64,000 bases of DNA, taken from positions 4,134 to 68,133 of the forward strand of contig CAVZTJ010000007.1 in NCBI GenBank assembly GCA_963778075.1, given 5' to 3'. Position 1 is the stretch's first letter. Every line of letters begins with the position of its first letter. A model generated the notes under the pieces. That model made no database searches and was not told the origin of the DNA. It worked only from the letters and a program-made list of their open reading frames with translations. The stretch comes from an uncultured Actinomycetota bacterium (GTDB lineage: Bacteria > Actinomycetota > Actinomycetes > Streptosporangiales > Streptosporangiaceae). The translations under genes and the position numbers were made by a program. Shown one piece after another: positions 52,840 to 62,536 of the stretch.

Positions 52840-55800
52840 GTGCCTTCAGGACCCAGCGACAGCACCGTCCTGCTGCTGTCCACGTCGGACACCGATCTGC
52901 TGGCCGCCAAGGCCAGCGGCGCCGATTACCGGCTCGCAAACCCCGCACGCCTGGACCCGGCGGATCTCGCGCCGCTGCTCGACGGCAGCGACGTGGTCGT
53001 CGTGCGCCTGCTGGGCGGCGAGCAGGCGTGGCGCGAGGGGCTCGCCGCGCTGCGCGGCCAGCCGCTCCCGCTGATCGTGCTCGGCGGCGAGATCGTCCCG
53101 GACGCCGCGCTGATGGCCTTGTCCAGCGTTCCGGCGGGCATCGCCGCGCAGGCGCACGAGTACCTGGCCCACGGCGGACCGGGCAACCTCCGCGAGCTGG
53201 CCAAGTTCCTGGCCGACACCGTACTGATGACCGGCCACGGCTTCGCCCCGCCCGAGCCGATGCCCACGTGGGGCCAGCGCCCGTGGCCGCCAGCGGGGAC
53301 CCAGCCCGGCGAGCCGGAGCGGCCGGTGGTCGCGGTGCTCTACTACCGGGCGCACGAACTGGCCGGCAACACGGGCTTTGTCGACGCCCTCGCCGCGGCC
53401 ATCGAGTCCTGCGGCGCACGCGCGATGCCGGTGTGGTGCGCGAGCCTGCGGACCGCGCCGCCGGAACTTCTGCAGGCGCTCGGCCGGGCCGCCGTGCTCG
53501 TCGTCACCGTGCTCGCGGCCGGGGGCACTGTTCCCGCGATGTCCCAGGCGGGCGGGGACGATGAGGCGTGGGACACCGGCGCGATCGCGGCCCTGGACAT
53601 CCCGGTGGTGCAGGCGCTGTGCCTCACCTCGCCGCGAGCGCAGTGGACCGATGCGAACGCCGGGCTCAGCCCGCTCGACGCGGCCACCCAGGTGGCGATA
53701 CCAGAGTTCGACGGCCGGATCATCAGCGTGCCGTTCTCGTTCAAGGAAACTGGCGAAGACGGCCTGTCGCGCTACGTTCCGGATCCTGAACGCGCCGCGC
53801 GGGTGGCCGGGACAGCGGTCGCGCTGGCCCGGCTGCGGCATATCCCGCCGGCCGGGCGGCGGATCGCGGTCGTGCTGTCCGCCTACCCTACGAAGCACTC
53901 CCGGATCGGCAACGCGGTCGGCCTGGACACCCCGGCGAGCACCGTCCGGCTGCTGCGAGCGATGCGCGAGCGCGGCTACGACGTCGGGCCCGTGGGCGGC
54001 CCCGACACGCTGCCCGGCATCGAGCCGCCGGACGGGGACGCGCTGATCCACGCGGTGATCGCGGCAGGCGGCCAGGACCCGGAGTGGCTCACCGACCAGC
54101 AGCTGGCCGCCGCGGCGGTGCGGATCCCGGCCGCGCAGTACCGCGCCTGGTTCGGCCGGCTGCCCGCCGAACTGCGCACGAGGGTGGAGAAGGCGTGGGG
54201 GCCGCCGCCCGGTGAGCTGTTCGTAGACCGTGCCGCCAGCCGGGGCGCCGGCGCCGACCCGGCCGGCGACATCGTGCTCGCCGCACTGCGCGCAGGCAAC
54301 GTGGTACTGCTCGTGCAGCCGCCCCGCGGTTTCGGCGAGAATCCGGTCGCGATCTACCACGACCCCGACCTGCCGCCGAGCCACCACTACCTGGCCGCGT
54401 ACCGGTGGCTGGAGGAGAGCTTCGGCGCGCACGCGGTCGTGCACATCGGCAAGCACGGCAACCTGGAATGGCTGCCGGGCAAAAACCTCGGCATGTCCGC
54501 GGCGTGCGGGCCCGACGCCGCTCTGGGCAACCTGCCGCTGATCTACCCGTTCCTGGTGAACGACCCGGGTGAGGGCACCCAGGCCAAACGCCGCGCGCAC
54601 GCCACGATCGTCGATCACCTGGTGCCGCCGATGACCCGCGCGGAGACCTACGGCGACCTGGCTCGGCTCGAGCAGCTCATGGACGAGCACGCCGCGGTGG
54701 CCGCGCTGGACCCGGCCAAGCTCCCGGCGATCCGGGCCCAGATCTGGACCCTCATCCAGGCCGCCAAGCTCGACCACGACCTCGGCCTGCAGGACCGCCC
54801 GCAGACGGAAGAATTCGACGACTTCCTGCTGCACGTCGACGGCTGGCTGTGCGAAGTCAAGGACGCGCAGATCCGCGACGGCCTGCACGTGCTCGGCGAG
54901 GCGCCCGAGGGCGCAGCGCGCGTCGGCCTAGTGCTCGCGATGCTCCAGGCCCGCCAGATCTGGTCCGGCGGGGGCGGGGCGGGCGCTGCCCTCGGCGCGG
55001 GCGGGACCAACGGCGCCAGCGGCGGCCCGCTGCCGGGACTGCGCGAGGCGCTTGGCCTGGCCGAGGACGGCACCGCGCCGCGCGCCGCGGTCGACCGGAC
55101 CGAGGAACAGGCCAGGGCGCTGGTCGAGGGGATGGAGCTCGCCGGCTGGCAGGCCGGCGCCGCCGCGCAGGTCACCACCGAGGTCCTCGGCCGCGGCGAC
55201 GGGACCGTCGAGCGGCTGCTGCGGTTCGCCGCCGACGACCTGATCCCGCGCCTGGCCGGGACGGCCGGCGAGATCGACGCGGTACTGCACGCGCTCGACG
55301 GCGGCCACGTCCCGGCCGGCCCGAGCGGATCACCTCTGCGCGGGCTCATCAACACGCTGCCGACCGGACGGAACTTCTACGCCGTGGACCCCAAGGCGGT
55401 CCCGTCAAGGCTGGCCTTCCAGACCGGGCAGCAACTCGCCGCCAGCCTTCTGGACCGCTACCGCGAGGACACCGGCGAGTGGCCGGCCTCGGTCGGGCTA
55501 TCGGTCTGGGGAACCGCTGCCATGCGCACCTCCGGCGACGACATCGCCGAGGTGCTCGCGCTGCTCGGGGTGCGCCCGGTGTGGGATGACGCCAGCCGCC
55601 GGGTCACCGGCCTCGAGGTCATCCCGCTAACCGAGCTCACAAGACCTCGCATCGACGTGGTCGTGCGGATCAGCGGGTTCTTCCGCGACGCGTTCCCGCA
55701 CGTGATCACCCTGCTCGACGACGCGGTCAATCTGGTCGCCGACCTGGACGAGGACCCGGCGAGCAACTTCGTCCGCGCGCACGCGCTGGCCGACGCCGAG

Positions 55801-56553
55801 CGCATGGGCGACCACCGCCGGGCCACCACGCGGATCTTCGGATCGCCCCCCGGCGCGTACGGCGCTGGCCTGCTGCCGCTGATGGAGAGCCGGTCCTGGC
55901 GCGACGACGCCGACCTGGCCGAGGTCTACGCGGCCTGGGGCGGGCACGCGTACGGACGCGGCCTCGACGGCCGTCCCGCGCGCGAGGACATGGAGTCCGC
56001 CTACCGGCGGATACGGCTCGCGGTGAAAAACACCGACAGCCGCGAGCACGACATCGCCGACTCCGACGACTACTACCAGTACCACGGCGGCATGATCGCC
56101 ACCGTCCGCTCGCTGACCGGCGAGGCGCCGCGCGCCTACGTCGGTGACAGCACCCGGCCGGAGCACGTCAGGACGCGAACCCTGGTCGAGGAGTCGGCCC
56201 GGGTATTCCGGTCCCGGGTGGTGAACCCGCGCTGGATCCAGGCGATGCGGCGGCACGGCTACAAGGGCGCGTTCGAGCTCGCCGCCACCGTCGACTACCT
56301 GTTCGGCTGGGACGCCACCACCGGGGTGGTCGCAGACTGGATGTACGAGCAGCTCACCGCGTCGTACGTGCTCGACCCGGAGACCAGGCAGTTCCTGGAG
56401 AAGAGCAACCCGTGGGCGCTGCGCGGCATCACCGAGCGGCTGCTGGAGGCCGTGGACCGCGGGCTCTGGGAGGCCCCCGAGGAACAGACACTGAATGCCC
56501 TGCGCGACGTGTTCCTCGAGGTCGAGGGCCAGCTAGAGGAGGCGCAGGCGTGA
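52840..56553 (+). CDS. cobN: cobaltochelatase subunit CobN
   Basis: 1237 aa. CobN/Mg-chelatase H family throughout (LLSTSDTDL, HFGKHGNLEWLPGK-like IGKHGNLEWLPGK, FYAVDP, YDTTG-like regions). Confidence 0.95.
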   Translation: MPSGPSDSTVLLLSTSDTDLLAAKASGADYRLANPARLDPADLAPLLDGSDVVVVRLLGGEQAWREGLAALRGQPLPLIVLGGEIVPDAALMALSSVPAGIAAQAHEYLAHGGPGNLRELAKFLADTVLMTGHGFAPPEPMPTWGQRPWPPAGTQPGEPERPVVAVLYYRAHELAGNTGFVDALAAAIESCGARAMPVWCASLRTAPPELLQALGRAAVLVVTVLAAGGTVPAMSQAGGDDEAWDTGAIAALDIPVVQALCLTSPRAQWTDANAGLSPLDAATQVAIPEFDGRIISVPFSFKETGEDGLSRYVPDPERAARVAGTAVALARLRHIPPAGRRIAVVLSAYPTKHSRIGNAVGLDTPASTVRLLRAMRERGYDVGPVGGPDTLPGIEPPDGDALIHAVIAAGGQDPEWLTDQQLAAAAVRIPAAQYRAWFGRLPAELRTRVEKAWGPPPGELFVDRAASRGAGADPAGDIVLAALRAGNVVLLVQPPRGFGENPVAIYHDPDLPPSHHYLAAYRWLEESFGAHAVVHIGKHGNLEWLPGKNLGMSAACGPDAALGNLPLIYPFLVNDPGEGTQAKRRAHATIVDHLVPPMTRAETYGDLARLEQLMDEHAAVAALDPAKLPAIRAQIWTLIQAAKLDHDLGLQDRPQTEEFDDFLLHVDGWLCEVKDAQIRDGLHVLGEAPEGAARVGLVLAMLQARQIWSGGGGAGAALGAGGTNGASGGPLPGLREALGLAEDGTAPRAAVDRTEEQARALVEGMELAGWQAGAAAQVTTEVLGRGDGTVERLLRFAADDLIPRLAGTAGEIDAVLHALDGGHVPAGPSGSPLRGLINTLPTGRNFYAVDPKAVPSRLAFQTGQQLAASLLDRYREDTGEWPASVGLSVWGTAAMRTSGDDIAEVLALLGVRPVWDDASRRVTGLEVIPLTELTRPRIDVVVRISGFFRDAFPHVITLLDDAVNLVADLDEDPASNFVRAHALADAERMGDHRRATTRIFGSPPGAYGAGLLPLMESRSWRDDADLAEVYAAWGGHAYGRGLDGRPAREDMESAYRRIRLAVKNTDSREHDIADSDDYYQYHGGMIATVRSLTGEAPRAYVGDSTRPEHVRTRTLVEESARVFRSRVVNPRWIQAMRRHGYKGAFELAATVDYLFGWDATTGVVADWMYEQLTASYVLDPETRQFLEKSNPWALRGITERLLEAVDRGLWEAPEEQTLNALRDVFLEVEGQLEEAQA

Positions 56554-58616
56554 CCGGGCTGCCGTTCATGGCGGTCGTCGGCCAGGACGACGCCCGGCTC
56601 GCGCTGCTGCTCGGCGCCGTCGACCCCGGCATCGGCGGCGTGCTGCTCACCGGCGAGAAGGGCACCGCCAAGACCACGCTGGTCCGTGGCCTGGCCGGGA
56701 TCCTGCCGGGCATCAGCGTGGTGGCCAAGTGCCGGTTCTCCTGCGACCCGGCCAGCCCCGACCCGGCCTGCCCGGACGGCCCGCACCCCCCAGGCAGCGC
56801 CGCCACCCACCGGCCCGCCCGCCTGGTCGAGCTGCCGCTCGGCGCCACCGACGACAACGTCACCGGCAGCCTCGACGTCCCCAGGGTGCTGGCCGGGGCG
56901 GGCACCGCCGAGGCGTTCGCGCCGGGCCTGCTGGCGCTGGCCAACCGCGGCATCCTCTACGTCGACGAGATCAACCTGCTGCCCGACCACATCGTGGACG
57001 TGCTGCTCGACGCCGCGGCCACCGGCAGCACCAGCGTGGAGCGCGAAGGGGTCTCGCTGCGGCACGCGTCCAGCTTCCTGCTCGTCGGCACCATGAACCC
57101 CGAGGAGGGGGAGCTGCGCCCGCAGCTGCTGGACCGGTTCGGGCTGTGCGTGCCGGTCGTCGCCAGCTCCGACCCGGAGCGCAGGGCCGCGGTTGTCCGG
57201 GCACGGCTGGAGCACGATCGGTCCCCGTCTGCCAGCGCCCACGCATTTGAGAGCCTTGAACGCGACGCCACCAGCCAAATCGCCGCCGCACGGGCCCGTC
57301 TGGGCGGCGTGCAGATAACCGACGCCGAGTTGCTGCGGATCACCACCGCCTGCGCGACCCTCGGCGTCGACGGCATGCGCGGTGACCTGGTGACCTGCCG
57401 GACAGCGATAGCCCACGCCGCGTGGCAGCAACGCGACGAGGTGATCGGCGAGGACGTGCGCGTAGCGGCCCGGCTGGCGCTGCCGCACCGGCAGCGGCGC
57501 GGGCCGTTCGACGACCCGGGCGCCGACGCGGCCAAGCTCGACGAGGCGCTCGGCCCCGACGCTCCCGAGGAGGAGGAAGGCGACCCGGGCCCGGGCGAGG
57601 CCAAGCTTGACGAAGCGCTGGGCCCCGACGCGGCTGGCAGCGGGGAGCAGGACGGCGACGGTCCTGACGACGGTGGCGGGGGAGGCGGCGGGAGCACCGG
57701 CCCCGGCGAGAACGCCAGCCAGCCGCCCCCGTCACGCGCCCAGGACACCGAACGCCGCGAGGACCCGGCGGCGCCAGCTCCGGCTGGTACGTCGGCTCCG
57801 CCCGGCGCCGCGTTCCAGGTAAGGCGCCTTACGGCCAGCGGGCTCGGCTCTGGGCACGACGGCCGCCGGTCCGGCTCGCGCGGGCCGCACGGCCGCCCGA
57901 TCGCCAGCATCCGCTCGTCACGGCGGCCCGAGCTGCTGCCCACGCTGCGCGCCGCCGTGCTGGCCCGGCCCGGCGTCGCGGTCACCGTCACGCCCGGCGA
58001 CCTGCGGGTCAGCCTGCGCCGCGGCCGCGAGTCGAACCTGATCGTGCTGCTGCTCGACACCTCGGGCTCGATGGCCGCGCGGCGCCGCAGCGCCGCGGTG
58101 AGCACCGCGGCGCTGTCCCTGCTCGATGACGCGTACCGGCGCCGGGACAAGGTTGCGCTGCTTACCTTCCGCGGCGACGGCGCCACGGTCGTGGTCCCGC
58201 CGACGTCGTCGGTTGAGCTCGCCGCGCGCCGGCTGCGCGACCTGCCGGTCGGCGGGCGCACCCCGCTCGCCGCGGGCCTGGAAGCGGTCCGGCAGCTGGT
58301 CCGGCGCGAGCGCTGGCGGGACCCGGCCCGGCGGCCGATCGTGGTCGTGATCACCGACGCCCGGGCGACCGGCGGCCGGGCCGCGGTGGCGGAGGCGAAC
58401 CGGTCGGCGGCCGCGCTGGCCAGGACCGGTGCCACGAGCATCGTGGTGGACGCCGAGGAGGGACCGGTGCGGCTCGGGCTGGCGGCCGAGATCGCCGGTC
58501 ACCTGAACGCGGAACTGGTGACGATCCCCGGCCTGGCGGCCGCGGCCGGGCCCGTGCGCGAGCAGGCGTCCAGCGCGCTGGCCAGCCTCATCCGCGCGAG
58601 GGAGGCGGCGGCCTGA
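56550..58616 (+). CDS. ChlI/ChlD-type AAA+ ATPase-VWA fusion (chelatase partner of CobN)
   Basis: GTG 56550 overlaps the cobN stop. Walker [10 protein letters not shown], Walker [11 protein letters not shown], acidic Pro-rich linker, C-terminal VWA with [14 protein letters not shown]. Confidence 0.9.
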   Translation: MTGLPFMAVVGQDDARLALLLGAVDPGIGGVLLTGEKGTAKTTLVRGLAGILPGISVVAKCRFSCDPASPDPACPDGPHPPGSAATHRPARLVELPLGATDDNVTGSLDVPRVLAGAGTAEAFAPGLLALANRGILYVDEINLLPDHIVDVLLDAAATGSTSVEREGVSLRHASSFLLVGTMNPEEGELRPQLLDRFGLCVPVVASSDPERRAAVVRARLEHDRSPSASAHAFESLERDATSQIAAARARLGGVQITDAELLRITTACATLGVDGMRGDLVTCRTAIAHAAWQQRDEVIGEDVRVAARLALPHRQRRGPFDDPGADAAKLDEALGPDAPEEEEGDPGPGEAKLDEALGPDAAGSGEQDGDGPDDGGGGGGGSTGPGENASQPPPSRAQDTERREDPAAPAPAGTSAPPGAAFQVRRLTASGLGSGHDGRRSGSRGPHGRPIASIRSSRRPELLPTLRAAVLARPGVAVTVTPGDLRVSLRRGRESNLIVLLLDTSGSMAARRRSAAVSTAALSLLDDAYRRRDKVALLTFRGDGATVVVPPTSSVELAARRLRDLPVGGRTPLAAGLEAVRQLVRRERWRDPARRPIVVVITDARATGGRAAVAEANRSAAALARTGATSIVVDAEEGPVRLGLAAEIAGHLNAELVTIPGLAAAAGPVREQASSALASLIRAREAAA
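57531..57668 (+). repeat. 69-nt tandem duplication in the acidic linker ([11 protein letters not shown] x2)
   Basis: gccaagctcgacgaggcgctcggccccgacgc (57531-57562) and gccaagcttgacgaagcgctgggccccgacgc (57600-57631). The second unit diverges after that point. Confidence 0.75.
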
Positions 58617-59224
58617 TGCCACAGGGCAAGGTTGCGCAGATCCCCGACGACGGGCTGACCACCCGCGAGCGGCGCGAGCGGCCGGTGCTGGCCGTGCACA
58701 CCGGGGACGGCAAGGGGAAGTCGACGGCGGCGTTCGGCCTGGCGCTGCGGGCCTGGTCGGCGGGCTGGCCGATCGGCGTGTTCCAGTTCACCAAGAGCCC
58801 GAAGTGGCGGGTGGGGGAGGAGGACGCGCTGCTGGCGCTCGGCCAGGTGCACGCCGCGACCGGCCAGGGAGGGCCGGTGACCTGGCACCGGATGGGCGCG
58901 GGCTGGTCCTGGCTGCGCACCGCGCCGGAAGACCACGCCAAGGCCGCGATCGAGGGGTGGCAGCAGGTCCGCCGCGACCTGGCTGCCGAGACCTACCGGC
59001 TGCTGATCCTGGACGAGTTCACCTATCCGCTGGCGAACGGGACCCTGGACACCGCAGAAGTGCTGGCCGTGCTCGCTGCCCGGCCCGGCAGCCAGCACGT
59101 GGTGATCACCGGCCGCCGGGCCGTCCCCGCGCTGGTCGAGGCGGCCGACCTGGTGACCGACATGACCAAGGTCAAGCACCCGATGGACGCCGGGCGCAAG
59201 GGCCAGCGCGGCATCGAATGGTGA
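58616..59224 (+). CDS. cobO: cob(I)yrinic acid a,c-diamide adenosyltransferase
   Basis: [20 protein letters not shown]...[11 protein letters not shown]...VITGR is the CobO/BtuR P-loop pattern. ATG 58616 overlaps the preceding stop. Confidence 0.9.
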   Translation: MPQGKVAQIPDDGLTTRERRERPVLAVHTGDGKGKSTAAFGLALRAWSAGWPIGVFQFTKSPKWRVGEEDALLALGQVHAATGQGGPVTWHRMGAGWSWLRTAPEDHAKAAIEGWQQVRRDLAAETYRLLILDEFTYPLANGTLDTAEVLAVLAARPGSQHVVITGRRAVPALVEAADLVTDMTKVKHPMDAGRKGQRGIEW

Positions 59225-60779
59225 ACCTGCCGCGCGTGGTCATCGCCGCCACCCGGTCCGGGGACGGCAAGACCACCGTGGCAACCGGCGTGATGGCGGC
59301 GCTGCGCGCCAGCGGGCTGCGGGTCTCCCCGCACAAGGTCGGGCCCGACTACATTGACCCGAGCTACCACGCCGCTGCCTGCGGCGTCCCGGGCCGCAAT
59401 CTCGACCCGTGGCTGGTTGGCGAGGACCTGATCGCGCCGCTGCTGCTGCACGGTGCCGCAAAAGCCGGTGCCGCAAGAGCCGGTGCCGCAAAAGCCGGTG
59501 CCCAAGAGCCGGTGCCGCAAGAGCCGGTGCGCAAGAGCCGGTGCTGCAAAAGCCGGTGCCGCAAGGCCGCGGTGCAGGGGCCGGCGGCGGCGCCGACGTG
59601 GCGGTGATCGAGGGCGTCATGGGCCTGTTCGACGGGGCGGCCGGGCGCGGCGACTTCGCCAGCACCGCGCACGTCGCGCGGCTGACCGGCTCGCCGGTGA
59701 TCCTGGTCGTCGGCGCGGCGGGCACGTCGCGGTCGATCGCGGCGACCGTGCACGGGTTCGCCACGTGGGACCCGCAGCTGCGGCTCGCCGGGGTCGTGCT
59801 CAACCAGGTGTCATCCGACCGCCACGAGACCCTGCTCCGCGAGGCGCTCGAGCCGTCCGGCATCCCGGTGGTCGGCGTGTTGCGCCGCGACGACGCGCTG
59901 CACACCCCGTCGCGGCACCTCGGGCTGGTGCCAGCGGGGGAGCGCCCCGCGTCCGTGGACGCCTGGCTGCCGGCGCTCCGAGCGCTGGTCCAGCGCGGCA
60001 TCGACCTGGACCTGCTCATGCGCATCGCGCGCAGCGCCCCTGACCTGGCGGCCGAGCCGTGGTCCGCCGAGCAAGCCGGGCTGCGGTCCGCCGAGCCTGG
60101 ATCTGCGGCGCCCCGGATGGCCGCGGTCCGGCCCGGCGGCGGTCATCCACCCGCGCCGCGGGGCGCCCGTCCCGCCCGTGTCGCGGTCGCGGCCGGCCCG
60201 GCGTTCACGTTCCGCTATGCCGAGCACGACGAACTGCTGGCCGCGACGGGCGGCGAGGTGGTTCCGTTCGACCCGCTGTCCGCTGAGAAGCTGCCCGATG
60301 GGACCGATGCGCTGGTCGCGGGCGGCGGCTTCCCGCAGGTGCATGCCGAAGCCCTGGCCGCCAACACGTCGCTTCTCGACGACGTGCGCGCCCGGGCCGC
60401 GGCCGGTATGCCGGTCGTGGCCGAGTGCGCGGGCCTGCTCTGGCTCGGCCAGTCCCTGGACGGGCGCAAGCAGTGCGGTGTGCTGCCCGCCCGCGCCCGG
60501 ATGACACCGAAGCTGACCCTCGGCTACCGCGAGGCGACCGCGCTGGCCGACACCCCGCTGCTGGCTGCTGGCACCCGGATCCGCGCGCACGAGTTCCACC
60601 GCACGGTAAGCGAGCCTGTGCACGGCGAGCACCCCGCGTGGCGCCTGGCCGACGGCACCGAGACGGGCTGGGCGGCGCCGGGCATGCTCGCGTCCTACCT
60701 GCACCTGCACTGGGCGGCCCTGCCCGGCGCCGTCGCCCGGCTGCTCCAGACCGCCCTGGCCCGCCGAACAACCCACTGA
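59218..60779 (+). pseudogene. cobB: cobyrinate a,c-diamide synthase, reading frame broken inside a 15-nt repeat array
   Basis: The N-terminus ([19 protein letters not shown]...[12 protein letters not shown]) is in the frame of track ORF 58804..59607. The remainder ([15 protein letters not shown]...glutaminase domain) is in the frame of ORF 59409..60779. A single missing base in repeat unit 59494-59507 reconciles the two frames. Confidence 0.8.
59451..59566 (+). repeat. 15-nt minisatellite gccggtgccgcaa[a/g]a, about 8 units (two units are 14 nt)
   Basis: Units at 59464-78, 59479-93, 59494-507 (14 nt), 59508-22, 59523-36 (14 nt), 59537-51 and 59552-66, plus a partial first unit at 59451-63. 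Confidence 0.9.
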
Positions 60780-60787
60780 TCTGTGGG

Positions 60788-60997
60788 TCAGGCCTGTTCC
60801 GGCGGCTCCGCCGGACTTGAGCCACCGGACGCCTCGGGGGCTATCTTGTTCAGCCAGCAGATCAGGCACAGCACATGCGGCCGTTGGTGCCTACCCTGCT
60901 CGTGCTCCCACGCGACCTGCGCGCCGCCAAAGGCAAGCAGCACACCCAGGCCTCCGCCAAAGGGAAGCCCCGGCAGTCTCGGTATCCGGCGAAGCAT
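60788..60997 (-). CDS. small hypothetical protein (69 aa) with one hydrophobic segment
   Basis: Track ORF. Moderate GC3. LPFGGGLGVLLAFGGA. No recognisable family. Confidence 0.3.
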   Translation of the reverse strand: MLRRIPRLPGLPFGGGLGVLLAFGGAQVAWEHEQGRHQRPHVLCLICWLNKIAPEASGGSSPAEPPEQA

Positions 60998-61148
60998 CGC
61001 GGTTCACCTGCCCATCGATGAGGCGGCGCGATCAGGAGCCAATCGCATTGCAACCGGCCAAGTCCAGTGTGACACCGCGAGGCCCGGCCTGCCCGGCGCC
61101 GCGGCGCGGCTAGTCCAGACCTCCTTTGAGTCGCTGTAGGCTGCCGGC

Positions 61149-61982
61149 ATGAGCACGCGCGAGGATTACCCAGCCGGGGTGCCGTGCTGGGTCGACACCA
61201 GCCAGCCCGACCCAGCGGACGCCGCTCGCTTCTACTCCGGGCTCTTCGGGTGGCAGGCCGAGGACGTGATGCCCCCGGACGCGGGAGGTCAGTACTACAT
61301 GGCCCGCATCGATGGCCGCGACGTGGCCGCGATCTCCTCGCTGCCCTCCGGCGCACCACCGGAGGCGGTGTGGAATACCTACATCCGCGTCGAGTCCGCT
61401 GACGATGCCGCGGCCCGGGTACGCGAGGCGGGCGGGCAAGTGCTCTCGGAGCCCTTCGACGTGTTTGACGCGGGGCGGATGGGCGTTTTCGCCGATCCCG
61501 AGGGCGCAGTCTTTTGCGTATGGCAGCCCGGCTCGCATCTCGGCTCGGCGGCGGTCAACGAGCATGGCGCCGTGAACTTTAACAACCTGCACACCGACGA
61601 CCTCGAGGCGGCACGGGCCTTCTACGGCGCCGTGTTCGGCTGGACGACAATCGACGCCGGCTCGCCGATGTGGGCTCTGCCGGGTTACGGCGACTATCTC
61701 GAGGAACTCAACCCCGGCCTGCGCGCGGGTATGAAGCAGATGGGCGCACCCGAAGGCTTCGAGGACGTCGTGGCGACGATCTTGCCCCGCGAAGGTGGCC
61801 CGGCGCGCTGGAGCGTGACGTTCGCCGTCGACGACGCGGACGCGATCGCTGCGCGAGCCCGCGAGCTCGGAGGCTCGATCCTCGCTGAGCCGCAGAATGC
61901 GCCGTGGGTGCGATTCGCCGTCCTTGCCGATCCGGCTGGCGCGTCCTTCACCGCCAGCCAGTTCGTGGCGGAGAACCGCTAG
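61149..61982 (+). CDS. two-domain VOC/glyoxalase-family protein
   Basis: PCWVDTSQPDPADAARFYSGLFGW and NFNNLHTDDLEAARAFYGAVFGW mark two tandem VOC modules. Confidence 0.85.
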   Translation: MSTREDYPAGVPCWVDTSQPDPADAARFYSGLFGWQAEDVMPPDAGGQYYMARIDGRDVAAISSLPSGAPPEAVWNTYIRVESADDAAARVREAGGQVLSEPFDVFDAGRMGVFADPEGAVFCVWQPGSHLGSAAVNEHGAVNFNNLHTDDLEAARAFYGAVFGWTTIDAGSPMWALPGYGDYLEELNPGLRAGMKQMGAPEGFEDVVATILPREGGPARWSVTFAVDDADAIAARARELGGSILAEPQNAPWVRFAVLADPAGASFTASQFVAENR

Positions 61983-62043
61983 ACGATCCGCTTTCGGGCC
62001 GCTGGAATGCTCGTTTCGCACAAGGTGTTGCTCAGGAGGTACA

Positions 62044-62385
62044 GTGAACGTATCTCCTACGCAACGGCCGGGGCCCAGAATGCCCGAACCTGACATGTTC
62101 TACGTCAGCTTGCACGAGCGTCGGCTGCAGGACCCGGAGTTCCGCCCGGCCTATGAACGCGCGGCACGTGAGATCGCCGAGACGGACGCGGTCATCCGGG
62201 AACTCGACGCGCTGCGGGTGGACCTGGGCATATCGAAGGCCGAGCTTGCCCGGCGGATCAACCGCAACGCCTCCAGCGTGCGGCGGCTGTTCACGGCCAG
62301 CCAGGTCCGCCCCGAACTGCCGCTGATCACAGCGATCGCCGACGCTCTGGGCGCCGACGTACGCGTCATACGCCGACCCGCGTAA
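62044..62385 (+). CDS. XRE-family HTH protein (antitoxin-like, 113 aa)
   Basis: SD aggagg 5 nt before GTG 62044. LGISKAELARRINRNASSVRRLF is an HTH_3-type motif. Confidence 0.65.
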   Translation: MNVSPTQRPGPRMPEPDMFYVSLHERRLQDPEFRPAYERAAREIAETDAVIRELDALRVDLGISKAELARRINRNASSVRRLFTASQVRPELPLITAIADALGADVRVIRRPA

Positions 62386-62536
62386 CGACAGCCACGTCGC
62401 CGGTCGGCGAAGACTACCCCGACACGCTGGCCTCTGCCGACAACCTCGCCGCCGACCTGCGCGTGCTCGGGGAGACACTGCCGCAGACAAGCTCGCAGCA
62501 GAAATCGCCAAACGCCGACGCAAGCAGGACGGCTAG
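62385..62536 (+). pseudogene. terminal fragment of a TPR (TPR_10/12, NB-ARC-associated type) protein, frameshifted
   Basis: GEDYPDTLASADNLAADLRVLGE resembles the repeated ..GEDHPDTL.S.NNLA..LR.LGE unit. The tail DKLAAEIAKRRRKQDG* is in another frame. Confidence 0.4.

Noticed and set aside
52846-54888. 680-aa minus-strand ORF, and similar long antisense ORFs such as 22886..24433, 28501..29793, 56957..58441, 60205..60825 and 10282..11061
   Set aside because: They lie antisense to genes with unambiguous family signatures (cobN, MR/MLE, MFS, chlID, cobB, membrane protein). Their translations are Arg/Pro/Gly-rich low-complexity sequence, typical of open antisense frames in high-GC DNA.
59451-59566. 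Possible CRISPR array (regularly repeated 15-nt units)
   Set aside because: The units are directly contiguous with no spacers and far shorter than CRISPR repeats. They lie inside a coding sequence, and no cas genes are present. This is a minisatellite.
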